DNA from: Octopus bimaculoides
Taxonomy: Eukaryota
NCBI RefSeq assembly: GCF_001194135.2
Contig: NC_068982.1
Location: forward strand, 182,112,875-182,145,892
Reading direction: 5' to 3'
DNA: 33,018 nucleotides
A program made the translations under genes and the position numbers. Below, piece by piece: positions 24,121-33,018 of this stretch. The notes beneath the pieces were generated by a model. That model did not search any database. It saw nothing but the letters and a program-made list of their open reading frames with translations, and was not told the origin of the DNA. Each line of letters starts with the position of its first letter. Within the stretch, counting starts at the first letter, position 1.

Positions 24121-25249
24121 ATGAATCTGTGTTTCCATAAAAATTCCCTTGGCCAGACGGCTTTACTTTATCATACCGTAATGTGAACTTGCATTTTCTC
24201 TTGTGACAGAAGGCAAAGCCTACTCTAATTTTAAAAAAAAATTTTTTTAATCGTATTAATTAATTATTTTGAGAGAGCGAAGGTTACAAAATATTCTGAC
24301 TAGTTTATGAATATTCTGGCAGTCCATTATTTCCCAGCTAATTAGTAAAGTTTAAAAAGAAAATATAGCATCGCTGCAAAATCCAGAAACTTTTCAAAAT
24401 AATAACAAAATGCAACGACCATGCTCTTATCTCCAAATCTATTTCATTCATTAATTACAACATTTCTAATAGTTCAAATCAATAACAGCGCTGTTTCAAT
24501 ACATATAATAAAAATCATTTAATTTAGTTCATATAAAGAAAGAAATTGGAATTTTAATTAGGAAAGACAGATAGAAATGTATTTTGCCATAACTATTGAA
24601 TAGAGTGCATATGAAATTTTCATTGAAATTAATGTTGAAAACATAAGAGATATAGTAATCCAGAATTCTTTGCAAAATAATAAGTACTCAGCCCTTTGAA
24701 ATTTGATCATTATTCTTCTGCTCAGAAATAGTATTTTATCCATGCAAGATGAATAGTGTTTTTTTAGTGAGTAGGGAAAATAAAACTGAATATTTCTCTT
24801 GCTAAGACATAAATGCTCATAACTGATTTCTAAATTGAGAAAATAAAAATGTGTGTGTTTGGTTCTTTATGTTGTTATCCAGAGGAGAGTCGCGTTACCA
24901 CGATGGAGGCATTTTGTGTAACTACATTCGTGCTTTCCTCCCTCTGCTTTCTGTATTTCAGTTTAGAAAAATTACATACTAATATTGCCATGTCTTTGTT
25001 AAACGTTATAATGATAAATAGATAGAAACATTACTCACACAAAGACACACTCAATCGCACATATATGAACACACCTATGCATATATATGCCAAACACACA
25101 TTCAGACAAACAGGCTGCATGTGTTTTATGACAAAAGAAATTATATTGTTACCTCATCCATAACCTTCCAATAGTGTACGATTTTTAATTGTTCCACACC
25201 TTTTAACATGCTCCAAAATAACGTAATCACTTTATATCCACATGTTCCT

Positions 25250-25365
25250 ACCCACACGCATACACACACGCACACACACATGCACACATACACATACACG
25301 CATGCACACGCACACACACACACACACACACAAGCACGAGCACACACACACACACAAACATATAT
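25250..25365. repeat. Imperfect (CA)n microsatellite
   Basis: Visible directly. Confidence 0.92.
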
Positions 25366-25605
25366 ACATGTTAATGGTTGTTCATATTGTACCGAGTATA
25401 ATTTGAATCTCATACATCGCAATACAAAATGAAACCACTTTAAATATATTGTGAATCCAACGGAGCAACGCTTAGAACAAACTCTAGAATTGGTTCAACA
25501 AAGAATATGATAAAACTGTAATATCCAATAATATAATCACATTCCAACAAGCAACAAACCAGCCCTTCCTTGATATCGATTTAGGATGAAACTCGAACAA
25601 AATTA

Positions 25606-25683
25606 AGTAAAGGAAAATACAAAACAGTAAAAGAAAATACAAAACAGTAAAAGAAAATACAAAAGTAAAGGAAAATACAAAAC
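25606..25683. repeat. 20-bp minisatellite, about 4 copies (agtaaa[a/g]gaaaatacaaaac)
   Basis: Units start at 25606, 25626, 25646 (18 bp) and 25664. Confidence 0.95.
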
Positions 25684-25907
25684 GAAACGACGCCGATGTC
25701 ATAGCTCATTAAGAGAGTACCCTGACAGGGTTTTTAAATTACAGCCAATAACCTTGGATATAAATATCCTTCCAACTCGATGTTAAAAATTTATGTACAA
25801 GCATTCACCTAAAATTAAATTGTACGTATACATGTAAGAAACAATATAAATTACGATAGATACTAGAACATCAGCACATCTAACTGATGAATCTGACTCT
25901 TTTACAG

Positions 25908-25945
25908 AAAATGGAAAGTGGGAAAATGCATCACAGACTTAAAGC
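25908..25945 (+). CDS. Candidate 38-nt micro-exon, unknown gene
   Basis: Branch-like CTAAC/CTGAC, acceptor ctcttttacag| and donor |gtaagt. Two frames are open (KWKVGKCITDLK or KMESGKMHHRLK). Confidence 0.3.
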
Positions 25946-28716
25946 GTAAGTAGTATTACACGGACACGTCTTTTCCCCGTACTCAACCATGAAATCTTTT
26001 TTAAAAATCCATACTACCAATATGCACACGCTATGTCTTAAAACGGAACCAAACTGCTATGAAATATCTTATAGATAACAGAGGAAGGCTTCAAAAATAC
26101 AAAAGCAGCCATACACATTATATGTAATTATTTTATGCACAAAATACATAGACATATTATTTGATGAGCTCGTTTAATCTACCCAGGTAATTGCAGGTCA
26201 AGTAACCAAATCTAAATAGGATATCCATAATGTTCAATTCCTTGAATTGGGTACATGCTTTGTAAAACATCACAGTCACATCCACTCACTATTCTCGACA
26301 CACGATTGTACAAGATCATTTCCGTATATTTTACCTAAACACATGGATAATGCTACATCAATAATGTAAGACATGTTAATTATATAATGTCTTCTTACAA
26401 AAGACATTAATTTCATGTAAACATTTATATAGCAAATAAATAATACAAGCATACTTAAGGTAACATAATGCCTCCAACAACGAACATAAGACACATAAGA
26501 AACATAGTTACTGAACCAAAAATATGCATATATTTGTGTTTTCTTATACATTGTATATACTTTCTTTCCGCCCCACTACCCACTTCGTTATATGTCCAAT
26601 ACAAGTATATAAAATTAATTATCGCTTTCATTTTGAAGTTTGTTAATACTTGTTCAGATTGACAGGTTTAGAGTTACTACAGTTCTGGATGATTTCATTG
26701 CAATGGACAGGAGAATTCAAACATTTTGCTCAAAACACTTGACAGAGAGAACGAAGAGAAAGAAAAAAACAATGTACCACTAATTCAATATATAGTTGAT
26801 ATTCTATGGACAGACTATATCAGTAGTTTACTATATAAGGTTTCCTATGGTATTGTCCATATACATTGAAGAGCTACAATAAAATTGATATTCTATGCAG
26901 AATGGGTCTTTATGAATATTTCGCCTAAGCTTAGTTATGGTATCATCTTTCATAATTAAATTTTCTCGCATTAACAATTACCTTCATGGTTGCCCATTAT
27001 AACAAATGGACATAAAAATGAAACTGCATTTTCGCGACCTTATTCCTCTTAAATTTAGATCTGTCCTCAGTTCTGTATACGAACTCGTGTCTTTAAAGCA
27101 CACCCGGTGACGAGGATATTTTGTATCGCGAAATGGTATAAATCTCTTGCAAACTATCTTACAAAGTTCTATATAGAAAGAAGTAAAACATTGTTCCCTG
27201 AAACCGCTGTGTCAATCAAATGAATCCTGAAAGCACGTTGTACCTGATGGAATGGACCAATGGGAATTCATGGCAGACTCTCCAGAATACGAAAACATCA
27301 CCTAGAATTCATTAACAAGTTAGGTATGAGATAGGATATAACTTTAAAATAAAGTGATTCTTATTGAATTTATTGAACCATATAAAAGAAGAATTGAGGG
27401 CTGCCACATTTAGAATACGGAAACTATGGAATGGTAGACATCTGACCAGCAAGTGTGGCTTTCAAACTTCGCCATAGAAGCGATCGGGAGTTATTAAGGC
27501 AAGGATGACAAAAAGCAAGCCAGAAGAATCCATGCTGGATCAGGTCACGGAGAATTAAAGTGAATTTCAAAAGGCATTATATACCCTACAGTCAACTGGT
27601 GTCTGAGACTGAACTGGTTACGACACGCAAGTTACCTTGGTATTGGAGTAGCTTAACCACTCAATATGGTTGCAATGCAGACAGTACCACAAAATGGAAC
27701 TGCAGAGTGATATCCAGAAATGAAAACCGCAATGAGGCCTTGTCCCTTATAGCCCCAGGAGATAAGGCGTAAAATCCTTGCATTAAGAGATGGGATTCTA
27801 CCCTGAAGACCCTATCTTCTTTCTTACTGCCACGGTACCAGAACAATTATGAATATAAATACTTGTAATTAGGAATATAAAGATTTAGTTTTACTACTTC
27901 AACTTCTGGGGTGAGAGAACAGTTGCAGAAATCTAACAAAGTACGTAAAAGTTTCAGCATAATGATGGACGAAATAAAAAGCAAATTGCTTATATATACC
28001 GCATCTGCATAACAATATTCCTCGTATATCAGCACCTTTTATCTACGGTCAGACGAAAGAATCAAGTATCATTGAATAGGTATTATTCAAACAAAATATA
28101 TATTATTTATGGAGTCATATTTATTGATGCGGGGCTGCCGGGTGAGATATATATTTCATAGAAAATCTCAATTCACCAAAACTTCCGACCATACATAGAC
28201 TTAATGAACAGCTTGTAGTTTTAATAACGTGAACCAATTCCTCATTATCATATTCTACGTAAAATACAGTAAACTGTTTTGTAATGCAAATGACTATGTA
28301 AACTGAAATCTGTATACACCATAGAACATATGATTACATATACCGCGATTTAAATATTAAGTTCGTTAGCGAGGAATAAATGGAGTGGACTTGTCAATGA
28401 GGTGAGTTCTGCTAGAAATGACAGCCAGGTCACGCTTAAATAATATTCCATTATTTTAGGCACAAAACTTTAGATAATATATTCCAAGAGACCTAAGAAA
28501 GTAAGGAGCAATCGTAGCGAAAGAACACTTAATTGTAATTGTCTTCTTCGTGACTTCACCGGAGTTCAAAACTATCGCGATAAAGAATCGTTCAAATGTA
28601 CTAAAAACGTCTAACAAAATATCTGAGCTAATGTACAAAACCTGTCCACATCGACATTACATTTCAAAGATTAACTCCTAAATCGTTGAACATATACTTT
28701 AACACCGAAAATAATA

Positions 28717-29460
28717 TACAATTGTCAACTGAAAAGTACATGGGCTGAACAAGATAATCTCGTTGAATGTGACCAGATTAGCTTTTTTTTCATCATCAAT
28801 ACATTTATTTTTACATCACTAACCTCATCACTTCGATAGTTTTCCAGCTAAATGTTTTTTCATGTCACGGAACAGATAATAGTTACATGGGTCTAAATCT
28901 GGAAAATGGAGAGGATGATCAGTTAGTTCAAAGTCACAGACATGCTCAGGAACCATTGAAACCAAGAGTCGTATAGTGGAGCATTGGGCTTCCAAAACAA
29001 GACCCCTTTCATCAGTCTTCTTGGGCGTTCGGAATTGATGGGCTTTCGTAAGTGTCTCATCAAGTCGGCATAGTATTTTCCATTGATCGCGTGACTCTTT
29101 CGAAGATAGTCAATAAACAGAATGCTTTTTTTGTGTCCAAAAAAATCTAAGGCCATCACCTTCCCTGTACATGAAACAATGGCTTTCACTGCAGCAGGTG
29201 AGTTATGGGGTTTCCATTGCATGGATTATTTCCTTATCTCTGGCTGAAAGTGAGGAACCCGACGCTCGTTCTGGGTCAGGAATCGTTCAAGGAAACCAGA
29301 TGTATCTGCCTGAAACAATGTCAGATTTTCCCGTGATGTGATTAACATGGTACACCTTTGATCATGTGCCAGAAGAGGTGAAACCCACCGCGTAGAGACC
29401 TTCATCATACCAAGGTCACTGTATGGAATGTTCGCAACATTCTCTCGGGATAATAATTTA
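28717..29460 (-). mobile_element. Decayed mariner (DD34D-type) transposase, catalytic region plus right end
   Basis: Reads LGMMKVSTRWVSPLL...FLERFLTQNE, QWKPHNSP, GKVMAL...ILFIDYL...INGKYYADL...RP...KGVLF...NAP and FELTDHPLHFPDLDPCNYYLFRDMKKHLAG (decayed YSPDLAPSD). A TIR-like tac...actgaaaagtacatgggct starts at 28717. Confidence 0.92.
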
Positions 29461-31212
29461 ATCCGTTTACTGATGTTAAAAACGAAAAAAAAATACTTAT
29501 TTGTGAATCTTCCAATCTATTCAGTACTGTCTTCATTCTAATTTTATGAAATTCAATTTTATATTACATGAGAGAAAATTGAAATTCTTGTATTTATGAC
29601 TTTCTCTAAGATATATTACGTTCTGATTGAAACAACTACTTATGGTCTCCAGGCACTTTATTACACTCCCTATACCGCCTACCACAATCACCACAGTAGT
29701 AGTGAGTTATTTCTGCACGTGGGTATTCTAAAAGCCATACACCAAAAATTTTCCTTCATTGTCCTATACTTTACACCCATTCATGTATATATGTAGTATG
29801 TCTCTATATGCTCATATATATATATATATATATANNNNNNNNNNNNNNNNNNNNNNNNNNNNNNNNNNNNNATATACAATAAAATGTTTAGATGCAAATC
29901 ATGTAAGCATGTATGCAGTTCAATAGAGTTTCAAGTAGTTTTCTTTTGTAGTAATAACATTTTTGTTTCTTTCATAGTTTTGTCTATTTCTGCTGTCTTT
30001 ATATACAATTACATACTCTCAGTTATTTTTTCAGAACGTCATGTTCGCCGAATCCGTATATTCGAGATCCATTATTCTCATTTTTCAATAAACATTGCTG
30101 TTTTATTGACAGTAGAGTTTCGGAGGCATTGAATTAAAGTTGTAGTGAAAATTCTAGTGCACTCGTGGAATTTAACTCAATTCTATTATACGAGAAATAA
30201 TAAAATACGATTGTATTGAACATTAAAACTACCATCTTCAAACTTCTTTTAAACTCTATAGCAAATAATGAAAGCATCGAAATTAAAACAGTTGTGTAAA
30301 AAAATTCTCGCAATAAAAATATTTTACGAAGAACAACAATAATAAAATTGTAATGTTCAACAACATAAACACGGGAAACATGAATGGCTTTTCTCTGCGA
30401 ATGGCAACACAAAGGAATTCATCCATTACTGATAAAACTGTTAAAGTGACATTCCGTTCTAAAAGTGTTAGGGAACTGATCTTCATGTTTCAATAAACAA
30501 CTTTGTAGAAACGACAAGAAAGGATGGGGTGTGCTGGTGGTTGTATAAAATTGAATATAGAAACAACGAGGCAAAACTGTAATTATTATGGGTTTGCAGT
30601 TTGTATTTATTTTACCACAATGTTTTTTTAATTACGTCTTTATATTTTGGTATCTTTTATAATTTTGCCTTCAGATTTTAATTCAGAAACCTTTTACATC
30701 AGTGTTCACTTCAGCGCAACCGTTTGGAATAAAACATTTTATAGACTGCTATCACATAGGCAGAATTCGCATGACATGGATTGGTAAAAAGAAATGTTGA
30801 TTTGATTTAAATTGAATAAAAAAAGTTATATTTAATCATCTTGTTTGTTGCATCATCTACGAATTCTATGAAGAGTTTCCAGCGATAAATATAATTATTT
30901 AGGATTTACTTTAAGATTTGTGGCAGAGAAAATCAAATAATTAATAAGATTTCCATAAGTTCGTGCTGAGAAATTCCAAAAAGATATTTCTTTACTCATA
31001 ACAATTTTGAAATATTTCTTTAATTGATTTGATTTCTGTTCTGCAATATGAATTTAATCTGATATTGAAGTTATATTTATAGTTGTCGCAAATAAATATA
31101 TTTCAGTAATTAGAATCACTGGTGTTAAACATGCAAGGATATGTGAGACAAATCTAATAACTTAACTTCGATACACACATGCGTGTATTTATAATATATG
31201 CATGCCAAATAT

Positions 31213-31216
<4 letters not shown>

Positions 31217-31262
<46 letters not shown>
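31217..31262. repeat. (GA)n microsatellite
   Basis: Visible directly; abuts the N gap at 31263-31410. Confidence 0.97.
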
Positions 31263-31799
31263 NNNNNNNNNNNNNNNNNNNNNNNNNNNNNNNNNNNNNN
31301 NNNNNNNNNNNNNNNNNNNNNNNNNNNNNNNNNNNNNNNNNNNNNNNNNNNNNNNNNNNNNNNNNNNNNNNNNNNNNNNNNNNNNNNNNNNNNNNNNNNN
31401 NNNNNNNNNNTATACATATATATGTATACATGCATATATATATATTTATGTGTGTATCAATGAGTGTATGACTGTGTGTGCGTGCATTTTCATGCATATA
31501 TATAGTGTCAGGACAGACTGACAATTAGATAGATATATATGTTTATGTATATGCATATGCGTATGAAAATAACAACACGAAATAGAAGATAATATATAAG
31601 ATTTTCCTATTAGATTGAGGCTTAGGGATACTGGATGTAAGTAAAAGAACGTACATGCTAATAGCAGTATGCTGATATTCAGAAATAGAACGCGAGGATA
31701 AAAGAAATTAATAGGGTTTCAAACCCAAGATAACCGAATGTGAATTTACTATGTTTCAAACATGTATACATATATTATGTTCGCACACACAAGTGTGAC

Positions 31800-31801
31800 T
31801 C

Positions 31802-31849
<48 letters not shown>

Positions 31850-32010
31850 TTTATGTGTATGTGTGGGTGTGTCTGTGTGTGTGTGTATCTGTAAGTATAG
31901 TATATATGCATACATACATACGTGCCCAAAATACACACACACACATGCACTCACACACCCACACACACAAACACATGCACACATACACACTCACACATAT
32001 ATATATATGT
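31800..32010. repeat. Imperfect (TG)n block followed by an imperfect (CA)n block
   Basis: Visible directly; explains several overlapping low-complexity ORFs. Confidence 0.9.
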
Positions 32011-32049
32011 ACTTGCTCACTATTCTTTGCTTTTGATTTTTACTGGCTA

Positions 32050-32248
32050 CACAGTATAAAAGTGTCAGTTGGGAACCGTCTGTCTGAAAAACACCACTAC
32101 GACGTAATTCACTGCCAGAAGTTTGGAAACGACATGCTGTACTGCTTGACATTCGCAGCGGAAGCTCTAATACGAACATTCCAGAGTGTTTGGGTGTCAA
32201 TCTGAGGATAGTGCAGAGGATTCGGAAAATGTTGGATGAATCTAATGG

Positions 32249-32287
<39 letters not shown>

Positions 32288-32295
32288 GGCAAGAA
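32050..32295 (+). mobile_element. Tc1/mariner-superfamily transposase N-terminal HTH relic, possibly DD37D maT-like
   Basis: Frame from 32115 reads PEVWKRHAVLLDIRSGSSNTNIPECLGVNLRIVQRIRKMLDESNGEY (KRxAV...I...LGV...V.RIRK HTH pattern), then is broken by (TA)n. No catalytic domain is present, so the subfamily is uncertain. Confidence 0.6.
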
Positions 32296-32508
32296 GAAAA
32301 TGGAGGGGATCCAGCGGTAGTATGTATCAACTGTTAGACATTATATTATGTCTATTTATTTATTTTAAACAATTCTGAGTACACATGTGTAAAGATTGCG
32401 TTTTACATATAAAGTACCAGTAATAAACTTAGAGTACTTGCGTGTGCCTCTAGGCTTCGTCAGTGAGTTTAGAATTGGGTCTAAGAAGTTCGGAGGGCCA
32501 ATTTATAA

Positions 32509-32510
<2 letters not shown>

Positions 32511-32542
<32 letters not shown>
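32511..32542. repeat. (CA)n microsatellite
   Basis: Visible directly. Confidence 0.97.
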
Positions 32543-32546
<4 letters not shown>

Positions 32547-33018
32547 ATTTACATTTATAAACATAATTAAGGGATCAGCAAACATTTGCTTCACCACATA
32601 CCGAAGTTCAGAAATAGTAGCTAAAAAAGGTGAGACTCCACCAAATAGCATTACTTGTAACTCACAAAGGCAAAAACAAGAAGAAAAAACAATGAAAACT
32701 AACCGGTTTTGTATGATCGTGTATAGAAGAATATATTATTTTATTTAAAAGAATTCCAACTCCGTCTGTTTTTTATGTTTTATTTATATTCTTGTAAAAT
32801 TAATGTGGGATATAGAATATGGAATATATAATATATAATATAAAAATGGATGGTACAATGAAATGAAGTATTGAATGTCTTATTGAATATATGAAATATT
32901 GAGTGTTCAATATAAAGGATTAATTATATAAAGGCGAATACGTATTTTCTATAGCTTGTGGTATTTCATCATGCCCGGTATGACAGACTGTAACAGACTG
33001 TATATATATATATATATA

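Larger units (their letters stand above)
3213..31410. other. Seven assembly gaps: 3213-3415, 8565-9046, 15526-15876, 18678-18737, 22545-22554, 29835-29871, 31263-31410
   Basis: N runs, each bordered on at least one side by (TA)n or (GA)n. Confidence 0.98.

Noticed and set aside
11156-25683. Short direct-repeat arrays considered as possible CRISPR-like arrays
   Set aside because: There are no unique spacers, only 2-4 units, no cas genes, and the context is eukaryotic.
25884-25920. CTGATGA...GAAA next to the micro-exon
   Set aside because: Stem II cannot close before either GAAA. The sequence is better explained as a branch point and acceptor.
3213-31410. Every gap abuts a dinucleotide repeat
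   Set aside because: This is an expected short-read assembly artefact, not biology.
32057-32072. TATAAAA followed by TCAGTT (Inr-like)
   Set aside because: The spacing is about 10 bp rather than about 30 bp, and the site lies in the transposon's 5' region.

Overview
AT-rich eukaryotic scaffold with dense microsatellites and seven N gaps. It looks most like a cephalopod (Octopus-type) draft genome; this is inferred from SINE families recalled from memory, not from a search. I found no intact protein-coding gene, tRNA, rRNA or CRISPR array. Most ORF-track entries are translated microsatellites, gaps or AT-rich chance frames. The supportable content is decayed mobile DNA: a CR1/L2-type LINE (EN+RT), a rearranged R4/Dong retrotransposon, a Penelope-like fragment, three Tc1/mariner relics and about eight SINE segments from three or more families. 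The most unusual items are a SINE with a twin-priming-like 5' inversion and an R4/Dong locus whose domains are out of order (RT, then N-terminus fused directly to C-terminus, then an (AAT)n tail). A few candidate exons and a TATA/hairpin island are weak leads. I found no convincing novel biological system.
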